From contig NC_086375.1 in the NCBI RefSeq assembly GCF_036588685.1, positions 23,684,001-23,748,000 on the forward strand: DNA of 64,000 nt. The letters run 5' to 3'. Positions 40,101 through 55,100 of the stretch are shown here, in pieces. The notes under the pieces were generated by a model that was not told the DNA's origin, did no database searches, and was given only the letters and a program-made list of their open reading frames with translations. This DNA comes from Mytilus trossulus. Its lineage: Eukaryota. A program made the position numbers and the translations under genes. Position 1 is the first letter of the stretch; every line of letters begins with the position of its first letter.

Positions 40101-43100
40101 TTGGTCAGAGAAATATCAAAACATGTTCAACTTTATTTGCAAAAAGTTGGCAATGGAACAGTCGAATTAAAATCGGCATTGAATTTAAAAAACATAACAG
40201 ACCTACAGAAATTGGGAAGGATTTGTTCAGACATCTTAATTAACCAAATTCTTTTGCACTGAAGTTTTTATATACATTGTGATATATTTATTACTGATAT
40301 ATACCTGGAGAAAATTAAAACAGGTAGACGAAAATGCAAATTTAAAATTTGACATTTTAATCCAATTATTATATACATCTACCTCAACGTGAACAGGATT
40401 CAACAAGATTTAGTGCAAATCAGCGGGATACTATAAACAATTTAGTGGATATTACATCTAATACAGGTTTAATCTAATTTACTTAACTCCACATCTTAAA
40501 AATTAAATTGTAAGATGCACATATTTTGCAACAAGGAAGCTGCGACTTCCTGAAGTTATAAGATTCCAATGCTAAATGTTAAGCAGACAGGCTGCTGTCA
40601 GCCTCATTTCCATAAATGTGAAGCCAACAATACAACCGATAACCATTCTGACAGTTCTAAACAATACCAATCCATAACTCTCATTAATTACACCGGTTCC
40701 CATGCTTTATAATCAAATCAAAACTGGTAGCAGTCAACATAGTTCAATGGCTGGTGCATATATAGCTTGGTCAAAGACTACAAATTCAATTATATCAGCA
40801 ACAAGTGTCAATTATTATTACCAGAATCTGATACAACTTAATTCCCAAGCATTAAAAAAAATATTTCAGGGCTAAAATCCATTCTTGAAGAAAATTTCAA
40901 GAAAAGAAATATCAGATTCAAGAAACTTTAAGTTATCAGTATAATCCAACAATTAATAAGTCTGAGCTCAAGATTAAAACTTTGAAGTAGCATGAGTCAA
41001 ATGTGAAATTAAGACTTTGAAAATTTACTAGCTATGACTTGAAAGAAATTCACATTTATTGTTCTTTAATTTGTCACACACAAAAAAATACTAATTTTAT
41101 TTAGTTTAAGTGCTAATGCTTCATTTGGAGAAGCCGGTCTGGAGGTTAACACAAATGGGAGGAAATGGGATAAAAGAATACATCAATACAAAACTGACCG
41201 TGCCGGACATGTGTGATACATTTCCTTTATCGAAAATATTTCCAGAAAAAAATCGAAAACTACAGCACCAACACCAAAACAATTCACAGCTTATTGTATG
41301 CTTGCTTCTCCCTAAAACATGCCATATGACTGACAGCTCCTAACCAAAATCGGATAACGTACATGTTAAAATATATAACTGTCACGAAATTTATAAGTAT
41401 TGTAAGTTTTACGGTTACCCGAAGTGTTTACCCTCTATTTTGTTTCCTTTGAAGTAAGCATACATGTAGATAATCACATAAAAGTTAAGCTTTATGTAAC
41501 AGATTAGACAATACAGACATATGTTAGTACCTTTCTTACAAGTAGAGTGATACCGTTAACCATCATTACATGTACTAACGAGATTAGTATCAAACAAAGG
41601 TGTTATTGTAGCGTCTGGTACTTTACTTGTTGTTCATGACTTGTATGTACTGCTATAGCTGTGATATCAAAATAATTGATCTGGATTTTGTTTTAGAAAT
41701 TATTCTTAGATCAGAAATCAAACAACATTGATGAAATGTGTTATTAATTTCCCATTCAAACTAACATCAAAAGACCACCTTGTGAGAAGATTCTTCTTTT
41801 AATAAAATTTTAAGAATGCAATCAGTGTTTTTCTCCTTAACCAGTTTGATGAGATTAATAGTAAACAGACAGCAACCTGACAAACAAATTAATTTAATAT
41901 TCTTGAAATATTTATCATTGGACAAAATCAACAAGATATTATCAACCAAAATGATCCAATGAAAACAGTGCTTTTTAGAGTTTGCAGCCTCAGTGTGAGC
42001 TTAAAACAGTCATAATTTGTCCCTTTGACATATTCACCATTTCTTTTCTCAATTTTATAATACTTTCAAGCAGGAAAATCTTACTCAGACTCGAAATCAA
42101 CCTATCAAATAACTGGATTTGGTTTTTCTAGTACATCCTTTGTTCTGGGAGTAAAGTCTTATAACTGAAAAAGCTGAGAGAACAATATTTTACACATCAG
42201 ATCTAAATTTATCTTTGCAGCTGTATGGTTTGTACTTTTACGATATGAATAAAAAAAATCCAAACAACTTGCCACTTATAAAGGTAATAAATAATAACAC
42301 GAGCAAATTATGCAAGTAAAAAAACAAGGGTACCAGTCTTTTGTGTTTTTACTGCTATCCTGTTCAATGATAGATAACAGTAACCCAGAAAACAGTGAAC
42401 TGAGATGAACGACATATTTATGTTCATTACATAGAAATCATGAACATTTCTTAGCAACAAAAAATAATGCCTACTGTCATTCTCAATTTACCCCCTAACC
42501 ACAATGAAGAAATGCATCATGGGTATTTTGATAGATGTAATGTGTCAAAGATCAAGTATATTAACAATGTTTGGCACATATGCAGGTCACAAAATTTTTT
42601 TCCATTATCCCAGAGTATTTTTTAAATGAAGATGCACAGAGGATCCCTGTAGACCTGTCAGTTAAATGGGTTGTAAAGTTAAACCATATGTTGGCTACGA
42701 TTTTCTCCTGTTGCTTGCAAATGCATCATTTTAAAATGGAATGATGAGGAAGAATTTGGCAGGTTGAGGGGAGTAATGTAACTAGCATCTATTGTATAAT
42801 AGATATCAGAAGCAAAAATGTGACAAGTAATGATACTGGGATTTGACACTAAAGGCAGAAAAAATCCATTGGAACAATTACCATGCTTTAAAACAGTATG
42901 ATCTAAAGCAGTTGAGAATGCAAAAGAATGATTGAAAGCCTTATGATTATGTCAACAACTTGATGAAACAATCATTTAGTTTCTATTGTCAGATATGGTT
43001 ATGTTGCTAATCTATCGGTTTAACATTTGTCCTCAGATATGCTTTGGAATAACGTTATGATAGTGCAGGGCTTTCATGTAAATAGAGATCTTGGTATTTG

Positions 43101-46100
43101 CTGTACCAAAGTGGGAAGGGATACTTCATTCCTCTCAATTCTTCACAGTATCAAATAAATGCTTTTCTCTGTCATTTGGTCTCTTGTGGAAAGTTGCCTC
43201 AATGGCAATCATACCACATCACCTTTTTTATATTGTGTATTTTTTTGTTTATTTGCTGTCATTTTAGTTTTAAAATAGAATCTCGTTATTCAATATTGTT
43301 ATAAAAGATATGATGAAAAATTAACATTATCTGATCCCTACATTAGAAATACGCCTACAATTAATTATGTTACTCTCGTTAAACAGTTTTAAAATATTCC
43401 TCTGGGCTTTCAGCTTATGTGTTATCAGTTTAAGGGAAAAGTAAACCTCTGACACACCGGGCCAAATGGATCTTCTCATACTATCCGAGAGTCAATAGTT
43501 CGCTTTCACCAGAAGAATGGCGCCATAACAAAACTAAAACCATGCTTTGTTATTTAAGATTGTTTAACAATTAATTAACTTGTCAAAATTACCATTTTCC
43601 TTTTAACTTTATTGACAAAAACACCAAAAATCAATTAAAACGGTGGAAAATCAGATCATGGATGGTAGAAAAAGGAAATGTAACTGTCATCGGAGCCAGA
43701 GACTGACCAATTGGTTCAAATACAGCGGCAGATTTATAAACCAGTTGCTTTTAATGTGCCAAATTGGTTTTTTTCTCACAACACCAGTAACTATGATCAA
43801 TTCCCTAATGGTGCAGTAACGTCTTCGAGAATTGATAACGAGAATTGATAACGGCATAAGGATACGTATAGTGGAGATGATATCCAACGACTGTTTTAGA
43901 CATGAAATGAATCCTGTATTTGTGTACTTGATTAATTTGAGGTTAACTATTATATAATTAAGATATATTTCTAACTACCATTGAAAATCTTCTAAGAAAT
44001 CAAGTTTTGAAGTTTAATATCATTTAATTTTAACACTTAAAATTACTTTAGAAAAAAATAAATTGAAGGAATATTGGTGGATATCAAGTCGAAAAAATTG
44101 ATATCTTTTTGTTAAAAACCCTTGATAAAATTGAGGCCAATAGTTCAAAGAACATTGATGAACACTTGAATTGCCAATGCTGTAAACCAAGAAATAATTT
44201 CCACATGAACACAAATTTCCAACAATTTGCCTAAGTCGTAAAAACAACAAACAAATCACAATTCAGCAATGCATGAAAACAAACATTCCATAAATCAAAG
44301 TTTTTCAAAATGTAGAAAATCAGATCATGGATAGTAGAAAGAGGCAATATAACAGTCACTGAAGCCCAAGACTGACCAGTCCATTTCAATACAGCCACAG
44401 ATTTATAAACTAATATCACATAAGTTACTGGCAATATAATATTTAAACAATTTAAAGCAAGACCCAGGGTAAAGGTGATAGTTCATCCCTGAAGCTTTTA
44501 ATGTTCTATAACAGTTAACTTGGTTTGGGTTGCTGTCCTCACTAGCATTTATTTCATTTTTAACTCATTTAGGGAATGTGTTAACTTGGAATGCACACCT
44601 GCTAAATTTAACAATCTATTTTCAAAAGCAAAAGATAAAACTTTTGCACCTTGCAAGTTGCAATGTAACTGTTGCATGTTTCTGTTACGTAAAATACGTT
44701 ATAACCTGTCTGTAAATTTCTGTCTCATTTAAGCCTTGTCTAATGCTTTAGTGTACCATGCATTGTTTTGCAATCAATCTCCATCAATTTTTTAATTATT
44801 TCATTTATAACCTCCAATTTTGTTTTATATTTGAAAATTCTTACACCATAAGAGGAAATTTGAATTATTCAAAGCCGAGTTCTCAATCGATTTTTACTTG
44901 TCTTCATATTTAATAAACAGCTGAGTTTGATGTTCAATATTCCCAACCTGACAACTCTAAACATTAAACTGCTCTACCATGCATGCAAAATACCCTACCC
45001 CATAAAACTTAATGGTCTTAGATATAATTTATTGTTCAATTAAATGCCTTTCAATTAAGTAAACTTTCTGCATACCTGATTCAAACAACTAAATAGCATA
45101 AATAATTGATATTTGTTTACTTTAATGATTTGAAATTAGTCATTTTATTGTGTATTGGTCCTATAAGAATAATAAATTGTGGTATTAGCACAGGAGATGC
45201 TAAAATCAATATATGTTTAGCAGTTAAAGGGAAGTAATTCTAATACAAAACAGAGTTCTAATTTGACAAGTCAAGATTTCTGTGGGAGTACTATGCATTT
45301 ATTCTTCAATTTAATTTCAATATCAAAATTTTATCGATTTCATGGTTAACCAAAAACTTTTTTTCTCTGTATAAAATGCATAAAATAGTTTGATTTTTTA
45401 ACTGTAAAATTGGAATCTATGAATATTTTAAAACAACACAAACTAAGAAAAAAATAACACATTTCGTTATCAAAAATAACATTCTTGCTATCTTAACTTA
45501 CAAAATGCTTTACCAATGAAAAGAAAAAGTAATTAGAAAATCATTCTAACACCTTAACTGACACAAGTGTTAACTAACCTTTTTAAAATTGGTAATTTCA
45601 ATATTGAATTTAACACTTTTTTACAATTTAAAATCAATAGATAATAATCTCAGATAAAAACAGTGCTTTGAAAGATGACATCTTAAATCTGCCTGTCGTC
45701 TGCTTGAGCCATTTTAAGCTGTCAACACCATAAATAGAAACATTTAAAAAGAAATTTCTCACTTGGAATCAATTTGCCCAAAAAAGTTTACACCTAAACA
45801 AGTTTGTGTGTAATTTGCAACAAGACAAATCTTGAAGATGACCCCAAGACATTTTTTAATGCAAATTGTTTAAGATAATAAATCTCACAAAAAGATATGA
45901 CAAATTGAGATTTTTAAAATAGCCATTGGCTCTTCTCCTTTTTTAAAGAGCTAAAGACATTCCTAACTTTGATCTGTAACATAAGGCAACCTTTTCTATC
46001 CGTCCATTGCTCATTATCCAGAAATAGAAAATGAATAATACCAAATGGATAAATGTCTTATGAGTAAGCTTCTGATCTACTAGTAAACAAAAGAAATGTA

Positions 46101-49100
46101 CAACAGCTTGGAAACTAATTGTTGGACTATCCCATAGATAGATACAGTTTCTGTTGCAAAACTAATAAAATAGACACAGTTTCCAAAACTAATATCTTAT
46201 TGAAAAGACCAGTTTAAATTTCAGGTTACCAATTGACCAAGAGCTGGTTTAAGAAGATATGTGGGACTTTCCCATAGATAGTTAGAGTTTCCAATGCAAA
46301 ACTAATAACTAATTTACTGAAAAAATCAGTTAATATTTCAGGTTACGAAGTGACCAAGAGCTCGTTTATTAGATATCTAATTGTGGGACTTTCCCATAGA
46401 TAGATACAGTTTCCAATGCAACAAAACTCATAACTAATTTACTGAAAAAATCAGTTTATATTTCAGGTTACGAAGTGACATGAGTGACCAAGAGCTGGTT
46501 TATTAGTATCTAATTGTAGAATTTTCCCATAGATAGATACTGTGGTATCCAATGCAACAAAACTAATAACTAATTTACTGAATAGACCAGTTTATATTTC
46601 AGGTTACGAAGTGACCAAGAGCTGGTTTATTAGATATCTTATTGTAGAACTTTCCCATAGATAGATACAGTTTCCAATGCAACAAAACTCATAACTAATT
46701 TACTGAAAAGATTAGTTTATATTTCAGGTTACGAAGTGATCAAGAGCTGGTTTAACAAGATATCCGCAGGCCCATTAGCACCCTGGGTAAATCCACGTGT
46801 GTCAACATAGATTGACATTGCACAAAGGCAGATAAACCATCACAATCACTATCGGATTAAACGGCTTCCATTAAAATCTGATATCATCTTTATTATTAAA
46901 ATGTTCTTTGTCAAACGTAAGACCTGCAGGTATGTTCTGTCATGTTTATTTCAAGGGTCTTTTGTGAAACACCTTTTGACATAATAATCACTTTTGTGAT
47001 ATACAAAACCTGCCAAATTTAATTAAAAGTAAAATTAATTACATTTCTTTAAAAGTAACAAACCATTTCAGTATTAATTTCAAGGACATTTTTCGGAATT
47101 TGGACCACGTTTTCCTAATTGGAAATAAATATGTCAAAAATCTTCTTTTAGTGATTGCCTAACTGTAAATTTTGTCAAATCCCAAGCAACATCTGTTTTA
47201 TGTATGAAACATTTGAATTAATCATTAAATTTATAAGGAACAGTTGTTAAATGAAATTCTTTTGTAATAAATCACTGTAATGTCACTTGCTTACTAATCT
47301 GGGGACTACAAAAGTTCAATCAGGGGCATTAGGCAATAACAAATGTTTGTTAATTACAGACTTCAAAGTCCTCAGCTTAAACAAATTTACTCTTAATTTG
47401 CAGATTATAAATATTTCCTTTTCTCTGGAGAATGTATGGGAAACAAACAAAAATGTGAAGCTTATTTGAAAACTAACAGGCTATTTACAGCTCACCTGGC
47501 AAGCCTGCCTTTCCTTTTATAGCTGACTATGCGGTATGGGCTTTGCTTGTTGTTGAAGGCCGTACGGTAACCTATAGTTGTTAATGTTTGTGTCATTTTG
47601 GTCTTTAGTGGACAGTTGTCTCATTGGCCATCATACCACATCTTCTTTTTTATACTTTCCAAAACTTTTTGATTTCATGACCCTAACAAAATTTGGTCAG
47701 GAAAGAGGGTTCCTTAATTTTTTTCTATTCTTTTAATTTTTTGCCCATGATTCTCTTATCTTTATGTTTAAACATTCCTTTATTTTTCTAAAAAAAAAAT
47801 CAAATCACCCCATGTTTTCATTACCGGTAACCCCTAATATTGGGTAATCCTTCAGCTTTACAGAAAGATTAATGGATGATAACTGTTAATCCATTTGACA
47901 TATTTATTGAGCTCAACTTTCATTAGAGGCTTACTTCCACTCAAGTTGGGGTTTTGGAAGAAAAGTAAGGGAGGTCTAACCAATAACAGTCCTGTTTAAG
48001 GGGCAATAACTCTTAACAAAAAATCTACATTAGTCAATGATAATGCACTTTAAATTTTTCCATGTCAGAAAAAGACATTTTCTACAATACTGCAATCTAT
48101 TCTTCAAATGCATTTGACATAAAAAAAAAAAATATATAAATTAACCAATGCCTTTTAGTGGATAATTCATCATTTCTGTAAAAAAAATTGCAAAAAAAAA
48201 TCATGGAACTAAATGAACTGCATGGTATAACAGCTTCTGAACATGTTTATGACAGTGCACAAAGCCGAAACATTTTGAATTTTCCAGTTAATTAATTTTG
48301 TGGTGTAATCAAGACTTATCAGAGGCTACCATATCATGGAAGCATTTACTTCAACTATCCAGACTTATTTTATTCTTTTCCACTATCTGTCAAAAAAATT
48401 GTATGACTTTTTGTCGATTAATTGATTTGTTTTTTTTTAAAGTGGATAATTACTGAAAATTGGTCAGTAATCATAAAAAACACATTTTGCCCCAGAGCAA
48501 AAAAAATGATTCCATTGTAAACATAAAAACAATAGAATAAAGTAACGATATTTTAACAAATCTATTCTATTGAATAAAATTAAAAATCGTGAGTCACACT
48601 ACAACCCTCCTCCCCGAGGGAGAAATCAACAGGTTAATTAGGCGGAACTATCAGTGCCTGTCACCAAATCCATGGTTTTGACTTCATTATGAAAATTCAA
48701 TTTTTAGTTACAACACATCTGATTACGATCAACAAAGAAAATAATTAAATTAATTGATTATGAACAAAGGAATGGACCAGTACCTTGACGTGGAATGATA
48801 CATTAATTAAGACATGTGGGCAGGGAAAAAGACCAGCGACGTTACTTTCGTACAATGACAAGTATCAATTTGAGCATCTTCGTTTCTAATTGTCCATTTG
48901 CATCAAAGTACGAAAAATTATATTTCTCAAATATGAGATTTGTCTTTTCATCTTAATGTGCAATTAATTCATTAGCAGGGCTCGACATTACCGTTTGTCC
49001 GATTGTCCGGGACAAGTGGAAATAGGTGTCGGGCAAGTAGATTCATCATACTACTTGTCCGATGGGACAAGTGAAAAAATCGATGTCAGATGTTTATAGA

Positions 49101-52100
49101 TCAAATTCAAGACTTAAACATTCCTAAAAATATGAATGATTGTTTTATTGATCATACAAAATCAAATAAATATTCATTGATTGAACCAGAGACATGTAAA
49201 CGTGTATAATATGTCTCTGATGGAACGTATTTGAACATGCTGGCAGCCATTGACCAGGGGAAATAAGTAAGGGGAAGTAACCCAATGTTATTGTTTCTTC
49301 TTACTATAAGCCTCCTTGAATTAGGAGCACCTCCATATGCATGATATGGAGTTTTACCATTGTTTGCCTTAACTTTAAATTTTTGAATTAAAGTTTGTGT
49401 CATTTGATTTTGCTTTTAGGCATAACATTAAATTAAGAAAGGTTTTATTTAATAAGATCAATTTGTTAAAATAATAAGTTAAGATGTAAAAATTAAATGA
49501 AATCTAAAAAGGCAGATTTTTTACTAAAATGTTTTATGTACTCTTCCTGATCATATATCATGTATATTAATGTATGTAAAAATCAAAAAAAATTGTAAAA
49601 TCTTGTTTGGCACCATCAATAAATTAAAAAGGTTTATTTATAAAAAGGTGCCAGGCGTATTTGGTTTAAACCATACCACTACTTCACATACATGTGAACC
49701 TCCCGACGGGAGTACAAAACTCCCGTTTTCAGGGGTCTCCTCCCGTCCTCCCGTTTAGGAGAAAAAACTCCCGTGTATGAAATATTTCATGAATGAAAAT
49801 TTTCAGACGCCATATTTGATCATTTCTTACTACTGTACGGGTGTAATTGACACCTGTGTTAAATTTTACCTGTACACCAAAGAAGATGTATAATTATATG
49901 GCTTCACTTGACAGCTTGGGTGTCAAACATACTGGTAATCTCTGGCTAACTGCCGTTGTGTTATAAAAACGATGTGTATTGGGAATATTGAAATACTTGT
50001 TTGTTACTTCCCTTTGTTTTATCCTGTTTTCAGTTATTTTGCTTTTAAAAATGTAAATTGTAGAAAGACTATAAATGATTGATATTTTAATCAAATAATC
50101 AAAAAAGGATGTTGATTAAATGAATTTAAATGTTTTGGGACAAATAGAAAAATATAAATTTATAAATTGTTTTAGCAATCTGGACCTCCTTTCAAGGATT
50201 AAATTCAAGTTTATATTATAAATCTGTTGTAGAAGGTAGTATTTGATTGATTTTAATGAGTAAACTAAGAAATTGCAAAACATTTTACACTGTTAAAATC
50301 TCTTTCTACAAAATATGTCTTTCATATTTTTTATGTTATTTATATGTTTTTATATTCGGTCAAAAGCTCCTTAGAGCTTGTGTTGCTTATTTGTACTCAT
50401 GCCGAATCAAAATAAAGTTTTCTTATCTTATCTTATTTGATCTTATCTTATAATGCCCTGCAGTACTAGTGTTATTGTATGTTATTTTTTTAATTAATTT
50501 ATGATGTTGCAAATATACATGTAGAGCTTATTTCTTTCTTATTTGTCTGTAGAGTTACCAATGATAAGGAGATGGAGACATGAATACAAATCTATACAGA
50601 TAAGATAAATAAATATAATGATTTATTTGCAAGCAGTGAACAATCATTTATCAAAAACAAAACAAAACAAGAAACAGATTCTTCTTAATATTTTATTTTA
50701 TTCAAAAAGAAAGGCAATAAGGGTACTATGAACATATTACAATTTGATGGAAATTTGAAGGAAAAACGCAATTTCTACATCATATGGTTACATTTACGAC
50801 AAAATTTATGTCGATAAAAAACCTCCTGATCTGAGTCCTAATCTCCTGACCAAAATTTCCAAATCTCCTGATCTGAGTTTCACAGTCCATCACATGTATG
50901 ACTTCAGAATGAATATAGGTCCATGAATAGAAGAACCTAGTGGTATGGAAAGAGATATAATTTAATGATCGACACATGATATATAGTGACAATGAGTCAG
51001 AGAGCTCAGTCTTGCAAATAAGCCTTCACTCTGAAATAATAAAATGAATTTTGATGTGGTATTCATATAACATAATAAAATACTCCCTTTATTGATCTTT
51101 ATTAGGTACAATCAAAGGGCAAGTGTTATTATTGCATATAACATGTACATGTATAATCAATATGGAGGAATTTCAATTAAAAATTCGGACAAGTGAGTTA
51201 AGAGTTCGGACAAGTTGATTTTCTTACAACTTGTCCGAAGGGACAAGTTAGAAAAAATGATAATGTAGAGGCCTGATTAGGAAATGAAGCTGAATTATTT
51301 CGGTAAAAACAATGATATAGAACAATTCCAATAATTGCTGAATCATTATATAAAAATATAAACCATTCAAGATTAACCGATTTCCATTGAATTCTAATTA
51401 AGACTGTCAAAAATGTTTTTTTAATCTGTTATTAGCTGTCGATATCAAAATTACTTAATTAAAAGTGCTTATTTCTTGTAACTTTATCCAGACATGAATT
51501 CAAATAGATGTTCGTATTACATCAATAGGACAGCAACCAGAAAACACACACAGACCCCATAAGACACCTATATTACATAATCACAAGTTTTAAAAGATCA
51601 CTTGTAAAAATGTCAATAATACTGACCACTCTCGAGTAATAGGTTATTGAAACAAGAATGGTTTAGGCTCTAGTTAAGATGCTTCTGAGCTAGTTTTTTT
51701 TTCTCAAACTTCAGAATCACACCTACAATGTATATGACCTTTAACTTCAGAATCACACCTACAATGTATATGACCTTTAAGTCTTAAGTTTGTTCTTTTT
51801 ATTATAAGAAGTTTGGATGGGGCCTGAAGTTAAATGGTATGTAGTTAAAGCTGCAATAGAATTTTCTGACAATGTTTTGTTTTTGAGCAGGGAAACAGCA
51901 GTAGCTGATAAAGTTGATGCAGTGTGTTATCTCCCTTGTGTGGTTCTCTGTACTATTGGTGTTATCGTCAGTCAATCATTTCCTATTATTAATAACATTT
52001 TGCCAATGTGTTCAATGAATAATTTATACCACAAAATTAGGATGATAAAAAACAACAAAAGTTGGCAAAATACAAACTCAAATGTCAAATACTTTCAAAC

Positions 52101-55100
52101 TGAACTATAAATTCCCATCTGAAATTAGCTTCAGAAACGTTACATAAAATATTAAGAATTTATAGGCAAAAAACGAGCTATTATTTGGATAGTATATGTC
52201 AGCTTTTATTAATATAAAACTCAAATAAATATCTTTATTATCCATATAACTAAATAAATGTTAAAGTTTTACTCCTCGTACACATAAAACTGGTGTAACT
52301 TTCAAAAGAAATGGTTTCTCAGGTGCACAATCTTGAGACTACATGTTGAAGAACTGAGTTCTTATTTGCAGCAGACTATAAATTTCATTTCAATTACCAG
52401 TACACAAATTTACTTTCAATTCAATGAATTTTTTGTAACTTCTCAAATTTTCCAATAAGTGATACTTTCTGTGAGCTCTGTGCTTAATTCACACACCTAT
52501 TCCCCTACAAAGTTCCTGTTTTGGGAAATCCATTTTTAACTTTTATGAGATGCACAATGTCATCAAAAGTTGGGAAATTGTGAATTTTTCATGGATATCA
52601 AGAAACTGTCTTTCAAGTATACACAGTATATACGAAAATATGTGTGACACAAAATTTCTAAATCCAAAATATTAACCTTATACAAGAGTGCAAGACAGAC
52701 AAACAGAATGCATAAACTGGAAACCATAATGCCATCTACTTTTGTGTGTCAATGCCTGACCAAAAGTTGAATTTTTTTTCAAGCAATAGGAATGTATTTT
52801 TTTGTATCAATTCTTACCTTGCAAAAAAGGAAGCAGCTGCAGATGGTGGCGGTGATGACATCCGTGACGAATATCCTGGCGGGGGTGACATCATCCGTTG
52901 ATATGATCCTGGAGGTGGAGAACCAATTTGTTGATTAAAGGCAGGTACATTTTGAGGTGAACCCATCTGTTGATTAAACTGTGGCATATTTGGCGAGCCA
53001 ATCTGTTGATGTTGACCGTATTGAGGTGATCCCATGACCTGATTATAGTTCGGCTGGTTATGTTGAGGCATATGTGATGGTGACCCCATTTGTTGATTAA
53101 AATTTGGCTGGTTGTATTGAGGAATATTTGATGGTGATCCCATTTGTTGATTAAAATTTTGTTGGTTGTATTGAGGATTTTTTGACGGTGATCCCAATGC
53201 TTGATTCAAGTTTTGCTGGTTGTATTGAGGAACATTTGATGGTAATCCCATAGCTTGATGAAAATTTTGTTGTTTGTATTGCGGAATATTTGACGGAGAT
53301 CCCATCGCTTGATTAAAATTTTGCTGGTTGTATTGAGGTATATTTGTTGACATTCCAGGATTTGGCGGAGGTAAGTTCGGAGGCTGTGAGTAATACTGAT
53401 TCCTCATGTAAGTAGGTATTCCAGACACAGAATAATTATTTAACATATCCACTTGTCCATAATTTAATCCACTATGTTGTTGATCCACATTCATGTTTGG
53501 TTCTTCGTAGATGTGGTTATTGTTCTGCAATACATAAATAACAATAATCAAATAATGAAATGGAGCAATTTGATTGACGGTTAAAACCAGCTCTGACTAA
53601 TGTCATATATAGTCCCTTGTTATATCCACCCTTTAAAAAGAGGGTCAATCACTTACCCCAACTAGTTTCCAAAGTCAACTTTCAAAAAATTTATGCAGCG
53701 TTCATATTTGTGTCTCCTCAATACATTTATTTCATGTGCTGATGGTAGTACTGCTTTTTGGCAAGAACTTATTTCTCACTAAATCCCATCATAAACAAGT
53801 TCACTGTTTCTACTTTTGGAAAATGACATTAAGAAGTCTGTTTTCAGACTGTAGTTTGTTTCTTTCGCATAAATAACAGCTCACAAAGTCGTCAATGTAC
53901 TATTACTCAAATATATCCACTATAAAAGTCAGCGTTTTTAGGTAAAAAAAAACTTCTTACAAAGCATCAGTCAGCATTTATACGATTTCAATGAACTTTT
54001 ACGAAACATACTTATATAGATATATACAAATATATACAGAAAATAACCTCTAATTTTGTCTTCCTACAAGTCAATGTATTTTATAGACAATTAAACATGG
54101 TAATATACTTGTAGAGGGTGTATGTGGTATAAAAAATTTAGCATTTCATCAAAATTAAACAAGGAATTGTCGATAGATTGTACATGCATGTAGACTGTGG
54201 GATGTTCCTAATTCATCATCATTGTTTTAACATGCAAAACTAAATAGTTCTAATGACTTACTTCAAATGTAATTTTGAATACAAATTAAAATGATAATTC
54301 TTCGGCCTACACAAAAACAATGCATAATTGGCATATAGTTACAGAATTCAAGGGTTTATTTGTACTGATTGTCTTACATCAGTACCCATGCAAAAAGAAT
54401 AGTACATGAAAATCAGAAAGTATTCCCCCATGAATTTTTTTTAAAGCAAGAAAAGTTAATCACAAACTTTTTTGGTAAGAATTTAATGCATTTCAAATAA
54501 TTTTCAATAAACAAAGTGCTATACCCTTCTACCTTTAAGGGACATCACCTTATTAAAAACATTAGTTAAAATAGCTCTTGACAAATCTAAAATTGAACTG
54601 TCTAGAGGCAAGGAATTAAGTTTGCCATGTCTTTGATTAATGGTGTAAATAAAATACAGCATACCATTGTTAGAAACTATGAAATGATAAACTTCTCACA
54701 AAAGGCCAAAAAGCAGTAAAAACTCACTATGTTATGAACTTATCAGTTCAAAAATCTTTGTATGCAACATGACTTTTAAAGCCCTTATAATACATGCATT
54801 TTTACTAAACCAACCACTTATTTTCCCCTCATAAAAATCTTACATTATCTGACACAATTCTATTCCAAAACTGATAAGGTTCAAAATCCAGCTGAACTTT
54901 TAATGTCCATTGGGAATATGTAAATGTGTAACAAGATCACAGATAAGTCAATTCCAAAGCTTTTATATTCCATACAGAATTTCTTTATACTCCAAGAAGA
55001 TCTCTATCAATACTAGAAGAAACTTTTCTCTACATCAAAATCTCCGATTCCAATAAATTTGAAATTCAAATTTTTTGTAAGTGCATTACGATAGCGATTC

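Noticed and set aside
39055-45100. Minus-strand ATG-to-donor mini exons at ~39060 and ~45075
   Set aside because: They end in phase 0, incompatible with the phase-2 acceptor of the next KIF26 exon.
49152-49403. ORF inside the hAT-like element as a transposase remnant
   Set aside because: Only a vague resemblance to a hAT C-terminus; no diagnostic motif.
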